The notes beneath the pieces are model-generated. The model did not search any database. It was not told the DNA's origin and worked only from the letters and a program-made list of their open reading frames with translations. From the NCBI RefSeq assembly GCF_009914755.1, contig NC_060937.1: 64,000 nucleotides of DNA; one strand, 5' to 3'. A program made the position numbers and the translations under genes. Below, piece by piece: positions 14,401 through 29,500 of the stretch. This DNA comes from the human T2T-CHM13v2.0 reference genome, Homo sapiens. The first letter of the stretch is position 1. Every line of letters starts with the position of its first letter.

Positions 14401-17400
14401 ATTATCAAATCACCCAAGGTATATATTCTATACTGTACAAAAAATATCAAAGTACCCAAAGCATGTATTATATACTGTACATAAAATATGAAAGTACATC
14501 AAATATATATTTTATTCTGTACATAAAATATCAAAGTACACCAAATATATATTCTATAGTGTACATAAAATATCAAAGTACCCAAACTATACATTATATA
14601 CTGTACATAAAATATGAAATTACATCAAATATATATTATATTAGGTACATAAAATATGAAAGTACATCAAATATAGATTATATACTGTACATAAAATACC
14701 AAAGTACCCCAAATATATATATTATATTGTACATGAAATATCAAAGTTCACAAACTATATATTATATACTGTACATAAAATATCAAAGTACCCAAGGTAT
14801 ACATTCTATACTGTACAAAAAATATCAAAGTACCCAAAGCATGTATTATATACTGTACATAAAACATGAAAGTACATGAAATATATATTTTATTGTGTAC
14901 AAAAAATATCAAAGTACACCAAATATATATTCTATACTGTACATAAAATATCAAAGTACCCAAACTATACATTATATACTGTACATAATATATGAAATTA
15001 CATCAAATATATATTAGTTACATAAAATATGAAAGTACATCAAATATAGATTATATACTGTACATAAATTACCAAAGTACCCCAAATAAATAATTTATAC
15101 TGTACATGAAATATCAAAGTTCACAAACTATATATTATATACTGCACATAAAATATCAAATCACCCAAGGTATATATTCTATACTGTACAAAAAATATCA
15201 AAGTACCCAAAGCATGTATTATATACTGTACATAAAATATGAAAGTACATCAAATATATATTTTATTCTGTACATAAAATATCAAAGTACACCAAATATA
15301 TATTCTATAGTGTACAAAAAATATCAAAGTACCCAAACTATACATTATATACTGTACATAAAATATGAAATTACATCAAATATATATTATATTAGGTACA
15401 TAAAATATGAAAGTACATGAAATATATATTATATACTGTACATAAAATACCAAAGTACCCCAAATATATATATTATATTGTACATGAAATATCAAAGTTC
15501 ACAAACTATATATTATATACTGTACATAAAATATGAATGTATCCAAGGTATATATTCTATACTATACAAAAAGTATCAAAGTTCCCAAAACATGTATTAT
15601 ATACTGTACATAAAATATGAAAGTGCATCAAATATATATTTTATTCTGTACATAAAATATCAAAGTACACCAAATATATATTCTATACTCTACAAAAAAT
15701 ATCAAAGCACCCAAACTATACATTATGTACTGTACATAAAATATGAAATTACATCAAATATATATTAGTTACATAAAATATGAAAGTACATCAAATATAG
15801 ATTATATCCTCTACGTAAAATACCAAAGTACCCCAAATAAATATTTTATACTGTACATGAAATATCAAAGTTCACAAACTATATATTATATACTGCACAT
15901 AAAATATCAAATCACCCAAGGTATATATTCTATACTATACAAAAAATATCAAAGTACCCAAAGCATGTATTATATACTGTACATAAAATAGGAAAGTACA
16001 TCAAATATATATTTTATTCTGTACATAAAATATCAAAGTACACCAAATATATATTCTATAGTGTACATAAAATATCAAAGTACCCAAACTATACATTATA
16101 TACTGTACATAAAATATGAAATTACATCAAATATATATTATATTAGGTACAGAAAATATGAAAGTACATCAAATATAGATTATATACTCTACATAAAATA
16201 TCAAAGTACCCCAAATATATATAATATACTGTACATGAAATATCAAAGTTCACAAACTATATATTATATACTGTACATAAAATATGAGTGTACCCAAGGT
16301 ATATATTCTATACTATACAAAAAGTATCAAAGTACCCAAAACATGTATTATATACTGTACATAAAATATGAAAGTGCATCAAATATATATTTTATTCTGT
16401 ACATAAAATATAAAAGTACACCAAATATATATTCTATACTGTACATAAAATATCAAAGTACCCAAACTATACATTATATACAGTACATAAAATATGAAAT
16501 TACATCAAATATATATTAGTTAAGTAAAATATGAAAGTACGTCAAATATAGATTATATACTGTACATAAAATACCAAAGTACCCCAAATATATATATTAT
16601 ATTGTACATGAAATATGAAAGTTCACAAACTATATATTATATACTATACATAAAATATCAAAGTACCCAAGGTATATATTCTATACTGTACAAAAATATC
16701 AAAGTACCCAAAGCATGTATTATATACTGTACATAAAATATGAAAGTACATCAAATATATATTTTATTCTGTACATAAAATATCAAAGTACACCAAATAT
16801 ATATTCTATAGTGTACATAAAATATCAAAGTACCCAAACTATACATTATATACTGAACATAAAATATGAAATTACATCAAATATATATTATATTAGGTAC
16901 ATAAAATATGAAAGTACATCAAATATAGATTATATACTGTACATAAAATACCAAAGTACCCCAAATATAGTTTATACTGTACATGAAATATCAATGTTCA
17001 CAAACTATATATTATATACTGTACATAAAATATCAAAGTAGTCAAGGTATATATTCTATACTGTACAAAAAATATCAAAGTACCCAAAGTATGTATTATA
17101 TACTGTACATAAAATATGAAAGTACATGAAATATATATTTTATTGTGTACAAACAATATCAAAGTACACCAAATATATATTCTATACTGTACATAAAATA
17201 TCAAAGTACCCAAACTATACATTATATACTGTACATATAATATGAAATTACATCAAATATATATTAGTTACATAAAATATGAAAGTACATCAAATATAGA
17301 TTATATACTGTACATAAAATACCAAAGTACCCCAAATATATATATTATATTGTACATGAAATATCAAAGTTCACAAACTATATATTATATACTGTACATA

Positions 17401-17500
17401 AAATATCAAAGTACCCAAAGTATATATTCTATACTGTACAAAAAATATCAAAGTACCCAAAGCTTGTATTATATACTGTACATAAAATATGAAAGTACAT
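11431..17500 (+). repeat. Sub-array C: domain with ~751-bp (378+373) periodicity
   Basis: 5-bp-deleted M2 with TATTAGTT at ~12546, 14263, 15014, 15765, 16516 and 17264. CTGCACAT/ATCACCC variants and the TTATTGTGTACAAA variant also recur here. Confidence 0.8.
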
Positions 17501-20500
17501 CAAATATATATTTCATTCTGTACATAAAATATCAAAGTACACCAAATATATATTGTATAGTGTACATAAAATATCAAAGTACCCAAACTATACATTATAT
17601 ACTGTACCTAAAATATGAAATTACATCAAATATGTATTATATTAGGTAAATAAAATATGAAAGTACAACAAATATAGATTATGTAATGTACATAAAATAC
17701 CAAATAACCCCAAATATATATTTTACACTGTACATGCAATATCAAAGCTCACAAACTATATATTATATACTGTACATAAAATATCAAAGTACAGAAGGTA
17801 TATATTCTATACTGTACAAAAAATATCAAAGTACCCAAAGCATGTATTAAATACTGTACATAAAATATGAAAGTACATCAAATATATATTTTATTCTGTA
17901 CATAAAATATCAAAGTACACCAAATATATATTCTATAGTGTACATAAAATATCAAAGTACCCAAACTCTACATTATATACTGTACATAAAATATGAAATT
18001 ACATCAAATCTATATAACATTAGGTACATAAAATATGAAAGTACATCAAATATAAATTATATACTGTACATAAAATACCAAAGTACCCCAAATATATATT
18101 ATATACTGTACATGAAATATCAAAGTTCACAAACTATATATTATATACTGTACATAAAATATCAAAGTACCCAAGGTATATATTCTATACTGTACAAAAA
18201 ATATCAAAGTACCCAAAGCATGTATTATATACTGTATATAAAATATGAAAGTACATCAAATATATATTTAATTGTGTACATAAAATATCAAAGTACACCA
18301 AATATGTATTCTATAGTGTACATAAAATATCAAAGTACCCAAACTATACATTATATACTGTACATAAAATATGAAATTACATCAAATATATATTATATTA
18401 GGTACATAAAATATGAAAGTACATCAAATATAGATTATATACTGTACATAAAATACCAAAGAACCCCAAATATATATTATATACTGTACATGAAATATCA
18501 AAGTTCACAAACTATATATTATATACTGTACATAAAATATCAAAGTACCCAAGGTATACATTATATACTGTACACAAAATATGAAATTACATCAAATATA
18601 TGTTATATTAGGTACATAAATTATGAAAGTACATCAAATATAAATTATATACTGTACATAAAATATCAAATTACCTCAAATATATATTATATACTGTACA
18701 TGAAATATCAAAGTTCACAAACTATATATTATATACTGTACATAAAATATCAAAGTACCCAAGGTATATATTCTATACTGTACAAAAAATATCAAAGTAC
18801 CCAAACATGTATTATATACTGTTCATAAAATATGAAAGTACATCAAATATATATTTAATTCTGTACATAAAATATCAAAGTACACCAAATATATATTCTA
18901 TAGTGTACATAAAATATCAAAGTACCCAAACTATACATTACATACTGTACATGAAATATGAAATTACATCAAATATATATTATATTAGTTACATAAAATA
19001 TGAAAGTACATCAAATATAGATTATACACTGTACATAAAATACCAAAGAACCCCAAATATATATTATATACTGTACATGAAATATCAAAGTTCACAAACT
19101 ATATATTATATACTGTACATAAAATATCAAAGTACCCAAGGTATATATTCTGTACTGTACAAAAAATATCAAAGTACCCAAAGCATGTATTATATACTGT
19201 ACATAAAATATGAAAGTACATCAAATATATATTTAATTCTGTACATAAAATATCAAAGTACACCAAATATATATTCTATACTGTACATAAAATATCAAAG
19301 TACCCAAACTATACATTATATACTGTACATAAAATATGAAATTACATCAAATATATATTATATTAGGTACAGAAAATATGAAAGTACATCAAATATAGAT
19401 TATATAATGTACATAAATCACCAAAGTACCCCAAATATATATTTTATACTGTACATGAAATATCAAACTTCAGAAACCATATATTATATACTGTACATAA
19501 AATATCAAAGTACCCAAGGTATACATTATATACTGTACACAAAATATGAAATTACATCAAATATATGTTATATTAGGTACATAAATTATGAAAGTACATC
19601 AAATATAAATTATATACTGTACATAAAATATCAAATTACCTCAAATATATATTATATACTGTACATGAAATATCAAAGTTCACAAACTATATATTATATA
19701 CTGTACATAAAATATCAAAGTACCCAAGGTATATATTCTACACTGTACAAAAAATATCAAAGTACCCAAAGCATGTATTATATACTGTACATAAAATATG
19801 AAAGTACATCAAATATATATTTTATACTGTACATAAAATATCAAAGCACACTAAATATATATTCTATAGTGTACATAAAATATCAAAGTACCCAAACTAT
19901 ACATTATATACTGTACATAAAATATGAAATTACATCAAATATATATTATATTAGGTACATAAAATATGAAAGTACATCAAATATAGATTATATACTGTAC
20001 ATAAAATACCAAAGTACCCCAAATACATATAATATACTGTACATGAAATATCAAAGTTCACAAACTATATATTATATACTGTACATAAAATATCAAAGTA
20101 CCCAAGGTATATATTCTATACTGTACAAAAAATATCAAAGTACCCAAAGCATGTATTATATACTGTACACAAAATATGAAAGTACATCAAATATATATTT
20201 TATTCTGTACATAAAATATCAAAGTACACCAAATATATATTCTATAGTGTACATAAAATGTCAAAGTACCCAAACTATACATTATATACTGTACATAAAA
20301 TATGAAATTACATCAAATATATATTATATTAGGTACATAAAATATGAAAGTACATCAAATATAAATTATATACTGTACATAAAATACCAAAGTACCCCAA
20401 ATATATATTATATACTGTACATGAAATATCAAAGTTCACAAACTATATATTATATACTGTACATAAAATATCAAAGTACCCAAGGTATATATTCTATACT

Positions 20501-23500
20501 CTACAAAAAATATCAAAGTACCCAAAGCATGTATTATATACGGTACTGAAAATATGAAAGTACATCAAATATATATTTTATTCTGTACATAAAATATCAA
20601 AGTACCCTAAATATATATTCTATAGTGTACATAAAATATCAAAGTACCCAAACTATACATTATATACTGTACATAAAATATGAAATTACATCAAATATAT
20701 ATTATATTAGGTACATAAAATATGAAAGTACATCAAAGATAGACTATATACTGTACATAAAATACCAAAGTACCCCAAATACATATTATATACTGTACAT
20801 GAAATGTCAAAGTTCACAAACTATATATTATATACTGTACATAAAATATCAAAGTACCCAAGGTATATATTCTATACTGTACAAAACATATCAAAGTACC
20901 CAAAGCAAGTATTATATACTGTACATAAAATATGAAAGTACATCAAATATATATTTTATTCTGTACATAAAATATCAAAGTACACCAAATATATATTCTA
21001 TAGTGTACATAAAATATCAAAGTACCCAAACTATACATTATAAACTGTACATAAAATATGAAATTACATCAAATATATACTATATTATGTACATAAAATA
21101 TGAAAGTACATCAAATATACATTATATACTGTATGTAAAATACCAAAGTACCCAAAATAAATATTTTATACTGTACATGCAGTATCAAAGTTCACAAACT
21201 ATATATTATATACTGTACATAAAATATCAAAGTACCGAAGGTATATATTCTATACTGTACAAAAAATATCAAAGTATCCAAAGCATGTATTATATACTGC
21301 ACATAAAATATGAAAGTACATCAAATATATATTTTATTCTGTACATAAAATATCAAAGTACACCAAATATATATTCTATAGTGTACATAAAATATAAATG
21401 TACAAAAACTATACATTATATACTGTACATAAAATATGAAATTACATCAAATATATATTATATTAGGTACATAAAATATGAAAGTACATCAAATATAAAT
21501 TATATACTGTACATAAAATACCAAAGAACCCCAAATATGTATTATATACTGTACATGAAATATCAAAGTTCACAAACTATATATTATATACTGTACATAA
21601 AATATCAAAGTACCCAAGGTATATTTTCTATACTGTACAAAAAATATCAAAGTACCCAAAGCATGTATTATATACTGTACATAAAATATGAAAGTACATC
21701 AAATATATATTTTATTCTGTACATAAAATATCAAAGTACACCAAATATATATTCTATAGTGTACATAAAATATCAAAGTACCCAAACTATACATTATATA
21801 CTGTACATAAAACATGAAATTACATCCAATATATATTATATTAGGTCCATAAAATATGAAAGTACATCAAATATAAATTATATACTGTACATAAAATACC
21901 AAAGTACCCCAAATATATATTATATACTGTACATGAAATATCAAAGTTCACAAACTATATATTATATACTGTACATAAAATATCAAAGTACCCAAGGTAT
22001 ATATTCTATACTGTACAAAAAATATCAAAGTACCCAAAGCATGTATTATGTACTGTATATAAAATATGAAAGTACATCAAATATATATTTTATTCTGTAC
22101 ATAAAATATCAAAGTACACTAAATATATATTCTATAGTGCACATAAAATATCAAAGTACCCAAACTATACATTATATACTGTACATAAAATATGAAATTA
22201 CATCAAATATATATTATATTAGGTACATAAAATATGAAAGTACATCAAATATAGATTATATACTGTACATAAAATACCAAAGTACCCCAAATACATATTA
22301 TATACTGTACATGAAATATCAAAGTTCACAAACTATATATTATATACTGTACATAAAATATCAAAGTACCCAAGGTATATATTCTATACTGTACAAAAAA
22401 TATCAAAGTACCCAAAGCAAGTATTACATACTGTACATAAAATATGAAATTACATCAAATATATATTATATTATGTACATAAAATATGAAAGTACATCAA
22501 ATATAAATTATATACTGTACATAAAATACCAAAGTACCCCAAATATATATTATAAACTGTACATGCAATATCAAAGTTCACAAACTATATATCATATACT
22601 GTACATAAAATATCAAAGTACCGAAGGTATATATTCTATACTGTCCAAAAAATATCAAAGTACCCAAAGCATGTATTATATACTGTACATAAAATATGAA
22701 AGTACATCAAATATATATTTTATTCTGTACATAAAATATCAAAGTACACCAAATATATATTCTATAGTGTACATAAAATATCAAAGTACCCAAACTATAC
22801 ATTATATACTGTACATAAAATATGAAATTACATCAAATATATATTATAATAGGTACATAAAATATGAAAGTACATCAAATATAAATTATATACTGTACAT
22901 AAAATACCAAAGTACACCAAATATATATTATATACTGTACATGAAATATCAAAGTTCACAAACTATATATTATATACTGTACATAAAATATCAAAGTACC
23001 CAAGGTATATATTCTATACTGTACAAAAAATATCAAAGTACCCAAAGCAAGTATTACATACTGTACATAAAATATGAAATTACATCAAATATATATTATA
23101 TTATGTACATAAAATATGAAAGTACATCAAATATAAATTATATACTGTACATAAAATACCAAAGTACCCCAAATATATATTATAAACTGTACATGCAATA
23201 TCAAAGTTCACAAACTATATATCATATACTGTACATAAAATATCAAAGTACCGAAGGTATATATTCTATACTGTCCAAAAAATATCAAAGTACCCAAAGC
23301 ATGTATTATATACTGTACATAAAATATGAAAGTACATCAAATATATATTTTATTCTGTACATAAAATATCAAAGTACACCAAATATATATTCTATAGTGT
23401 ACATAAAATATCAAAGTACCCAAACTATACATTATATACTGTACATAAAATATGAAATTACATCAAATATATATTATAATAGGTACATAAAATATGAAAG

Positions 23501-26500
23501 TACATCAAATATAAATTATATACTGTACATAAAATACCAAAGTACACCAAATATATATTATATACTGTACATGAAATATCAAAGTTCACAAACTATATAT
23601 TATATACTGTACATAAAATATCAAAGTACCCAAGGTATATATTCTATACTGTACAAAAAATATCAAAGTACGCAAAGCATGTATTATATACTGTTAATAA
23701 AATATGAAAGTACATCAAATATATATTTTATTCTGTACATAAAATATCAAAGTACCCAAACAATACATTATATACTGTACATAAAATATGAAATTACATC
23801 AAATATATTTTATATTAGGTACATAAAATATGAAAGTACATCAAATATATATTTTATTCTGTACATAAAATATCAAAGTACACCAAATATATATTCTATA
23901 GTGCACATAAAATATCAAAGTACCCAAACTAAACGTTATATACTGTACATAAAATATGAAATTACATCAAATATATATTACATTAGGTATATAAAATATG
24001 AAAGTACATCAAATATAGATTATATACTGTACATAAAATATCAAAGTACCCCAAATATATATTCTATACTGTATATAAAATATCAAAGTACACAAGGTAT
24101 ATATTCTATACTATACAAAAAATATCAAAGTACCCAAAACATGTATTATATACTCTTCATAAAATATGAAAGTACATAAAATATATATTTTATTCTGTAC
24201 ATAAAATATCAAAGTGCACCAAATATATATTCTATAGTGTACATAAAATATCAAAGTACCCAAACCATACATTATATACTGTACATAAAATATGAAATTA
24301 CATCAAATATATATTATATTAGGTACATAAAATATGAAAGTACATCAAATATAGATTATACACTGTACATAAAATACCAAAGAATCCCAAATATATATTA
24401 TATACTGTACATGAAATATCAAAGTTCACAAACTATATATTATATACTGTACATAAAATATCAAAGTACCCAAGGTATATATTCTATACTATACAAAAAA
24501 TATCAAAGTACCCAAAGCATGTATTATATACTGTTCAAAAAATATGAAAGTACATCAAATATATATGTTATTCTGTACATAAAATATCAAAGTACACCAA
24601 ATATATATTCTATAGTGTACATAAAATATCAAATTACCCAAACTATACATTATATACTGTACATAAAGTATGAAATTACATCAAATATATATTATATTAG
24701 GTACATAAAATATGAAAGTACATCAAATATAAATTATATACTGTACATAAAATATCAAAGTACCCCCAATATATATTATATACTGTACATGAAATATCAA
24801 AGTTCATAAACTATATATTATATACTGTACATGAAATATCAAAGTACACAAGCTATATATTCTATACTGTACAAAAAATATCAAAGTACCCAAAACATGT
24901 ATTATATACTGTTCATAAAATATCAAAGTACATCAAATATATATTTTATTCTGTACATAAAATATCAAAGTACACCAAATATATATTCTATAGTGTATAT
25001 AAAATATCAAAGTACCCAAACTATACATTATATACTGTACATAAAGTATGAAATTACATCAAATATATATTATATTAGGTACATAAAATATGAAAGTACA
25101 TCAAGTATAGATTATATACTGTACATAAAATATCAAAGTACCCCAAATATATATTATATACTGTACATGCAATATCAAAGTTCACAAACTATATATTATA
25201 TACTGTACATAAAATATCAAAGTACTGAAGGTATATATTCTATACTGTACAAAAAATATCAAAGTATCCAAAGCATGTATTATATACTGTACATAAAATA
25301 TGAAAGTACATCAAATATATATTTCATTCTGTACATAAAATATCAAAGTACACCAAATATATATTCTATAGTGTACATAAAATATCAAAGTACCCAAACT
25401 ATACATTATATACTGTACCTAAAATATGAAATTACATCAAATATGTATTATATTAGGTAAATAAAATATGAAAGTACAACAAATATAGATTATGTAATGT
25501 ACATAAAATACCAAATAACCCCAAATATATATTTTATACTGTACATGCAATATCAAAGCTCACAAACTATATATTATATACTGTACATAAAATATCAAAG
25601 TACAGAAGGTATATATTCTATACTGTACAAAAAATATCAAAGTACCCAAAGCATGTATTAAATACTGTACATAAAATATGAAAGTACATCAAATATATAT
25701 TTTATCCTGTACATAAAATATCAAAGTACACCAAATATATATTCTATAGTGTACATAAAATATCAAAGTACCCAAACTATACATTATATACTGTACATAA
25801 AATATGAAATTACATCAAATATATATTACATTAGGTACATAAAATATGAAAGTACATCAAATATAAATTATATACTGTACATAAAATACCAAAGTACCCC
25901 AAATATATATTATATACTGTACATGAAATATCAAAGTTCACAAACTATATATTATATACTGTACATAAAATATCAAAGTACCCAAGGTATATATTCTATA
26001 CTGTACAAAAAATATCAAAGTACCCAAAGCATGTATTATATACTGTATATAAAATATGAAAGTACATCAAATATATTTTTAATTCTGTACATAAAATATC
26101 AAAGTACACCAAATATATATTCTACAGTGTACATAAAATATCAAAGTACCCAAACTATACATGATATACTGTACATAAAATATGAAATTACATCAAATAT
26201 ATATTATATTAGGTACATAAAATATGAAAGTACCTCAAATATAGATTATATACTGTACATAAAATACCAAAGAACCCCAAATATATATTATATACTGTAC
26301 ATGAAATATCAAAATTCAAAAACTATATATTATATACTGTACATAAAATATCAAATTACCCAAACTATACATTATATGCTGTACATAAAATATGAAATTA
26401 CATCAAATATATATTATATTAGGTACATAAAATATGAAAGTACATCAAATATAAATTATATACTGTACATAAAATATCAAAGTACCTCAAATATATATTA

Positions 26501-29500
26501 TATACTGTACATGAAATATCAAAGTTCACAAACTATATATTATATACTGTACATAAAATATAAAAGTACCCAAGGTATATATTGTATACTGTACAAAAAA
26601 TATCAAAGTACCCAAAACATGTATTATATACTGTTCATAAAATATGAAAGTACATCAAATATATATTTTATTCTGTACATAAAATATCAAAGTACACCAA
26701 ATATATATTCTATAGTGTACATAAAATATAAAAGTACCCAAACTATACATTATATACTGTACATAAAATATGAAATTACAGCAAATATATATTACATTAG
26801 GTACATAAAATATGAAAGTACATCAAATATAAATTATATACTGTACATAAAATACCAAAGTACCCCAAATATATATTATATAATGTACATGAAATATCAA
26901 AGTTCACAAACTATATATTATATACTGCACATAAAATATCAAAGTACCCAAGGTATATATTCTATACTGTACAAAAAATATCAAAGTACCCAAAGCATGT
27001 ATTATATACTGTATATAAAATGTGAAAGTACATCAAATATATATTTAATTCTGTACATAAAATATCAAAGTACACCAAATATATATTCTATAGTGTACAT
27101 AAAATATCAAAGTACCCAAACTATACATTATATACTGTACATAAAATATGAAATTACATCAAATATATATTATATTAGGTACATAAAATATGAAAGTACA
27201 TCAAATATAGATTATATACTGTACATAAAATACCAAAGAACCCCAAATATATATTATATACTGTACATGAAATATCAAAGTTCACAAACTATATATTATA
27301 TACTGTACATAAAATATCAAAGTACCCAACGTATATATTCTATACTGTACAAAAAATATCAAAGTACCCAAAGCATGTATTATATACTGTTAATAAAATA
27401 TGAAAGTACATCAAACATATATTTTATTCTGTACATAAAATATCAAAGTACACCAAATATATATTCTATAGTGTACATAAAATATCAAATTACCCAAACT
27501 ATACATTATATACTGTACATAAAATATGAAATTACATCAAATATATATTATATTAGGTACATAAAATATGAAAGTACATCAAATATAAATTATATACTGT
27601 ACATAATATATCAAAGTACCTCAAATATATATTATATACTGTACATGAAATATCAAAGTTCACAAACTATATATTATATACTGTACATAAAATATCAAAT
27701 TACCCAAGGTATATATTCTATACTGTACAAAAAATATCAAAGTACCCAAAGCATGTATTATATACTGTACATAAAATATGAAAGTACATCAAATATATAT
27801 TTTATTCTGTACATAAAATATCAAAGTACACCAAATATATATTCTATAGTGTACATAAAATATCAAAGTACCCAAACTATACATTATATACTGTACATAA
27901 AATATGAAATTACATCAAATATATATTATATTAGGTACATAAAATATGAAAGTACATCAAATATAGATTACATACGGTACATAAAATACCAAAGTACCCC
28001 AAATATATATTTTATACTGCACATGCAATATCAAACTTCACAAACTCTATATTATATACTGTACATAAAATATCAAAGTACCCAAGGTATATATTCTATA
28101 CTGTACAAAAAATATCAAAGTACCCAAAACATGTATTACATACTGTTCATAAAATATGAAGGTACATCAAATATATATTTTATTCTGTACATAAAATATC
28201 AAAGTACACCAAATATATATTCTATAGTGTACATAAAATATCAAAGTACCCAAACTATACATTATATACTGTACATAAAATATGAAATTACATCAAATAT
28301 ATATTATATTAGGTACATAAAATATGAAAGTACATCAAATATATATTATATACTGTACATAAAGTACCAAATTAACCCAAATACATATTATATACTGTAC
28401 ATGAAATATCAAAGTTCACAAACTATATATTATATACTGTACATAAAATATCAAAGTACCCAAGGTATCTATTCTATACTGTACAAAAAATATCAAAGTA
28501 CCCAAAGCATGTATTATATACTGTACATAAAATATGAAAGTACATCAAATATATATTTTATTCTGTACATAAAATATCAAAGTACACCAAATATATATTC
28601 TATAGTGTACATAAAATATCAAAGTACCCAAACTATACATTATATACTGTACATAAAATATGAAATTACATCAAATATATATTACATTAGCTACATAAAA
28701 TATGAAAGTACATCAAATATAGATTATATACTGTACATAAAATATCAAAGTACCCCAAATATATATTATATACTGTACATGAAATATCAAAGTTCACAAA
28801 CTATATATCGTATACTGTACATAAAATATCAAAGTACCCAAGGTATATATTCTATACTGTACAAAAAATATCAAAGTACCCAAAGCATGTATTATATACT
28901 GTACATAAAATATGAAAGTACATCAAATATATAATTTACTCTGTACATAAAATATCAAAGTACACTAAATATATATTCTATAGTGTACATAAAATATCAA
29001 AGTACCCAAACTATACATTATATACTGTACATAAAATATGAAATTACATCATATATATATTATATTAGGTACATAAAATATGAAAGTACATCAAATATAG
29101 ATTATATACTGTACATAAAATACCAAAGTACCCCAAATACATATTATATACTGTACATGAAATATCAAAGTTCACAAACTATATATTATATACTGTACAT
29201 AAAATATCAAAGTACCCAAGGTATATATTCTATACTGTACAAAAAATATCAAAGTACCCAAAGCAAGTATTATATACTGTACATAAAATATGAAAGTACA
29301 TCAAATATATATTTTATTCTGTACATAAAATATCAAAGTACACCAAATATATATTCTATAGTGTACATAAAATATCAAAGTAGCCAAACTATACATTTTA
29401 AACTGTACATAAAATATGAAATTACATCAAATATACACTATATTATGTACATAAAATATGAAAGTACATTAAATATAGATTATATACTGTACATAAAATA

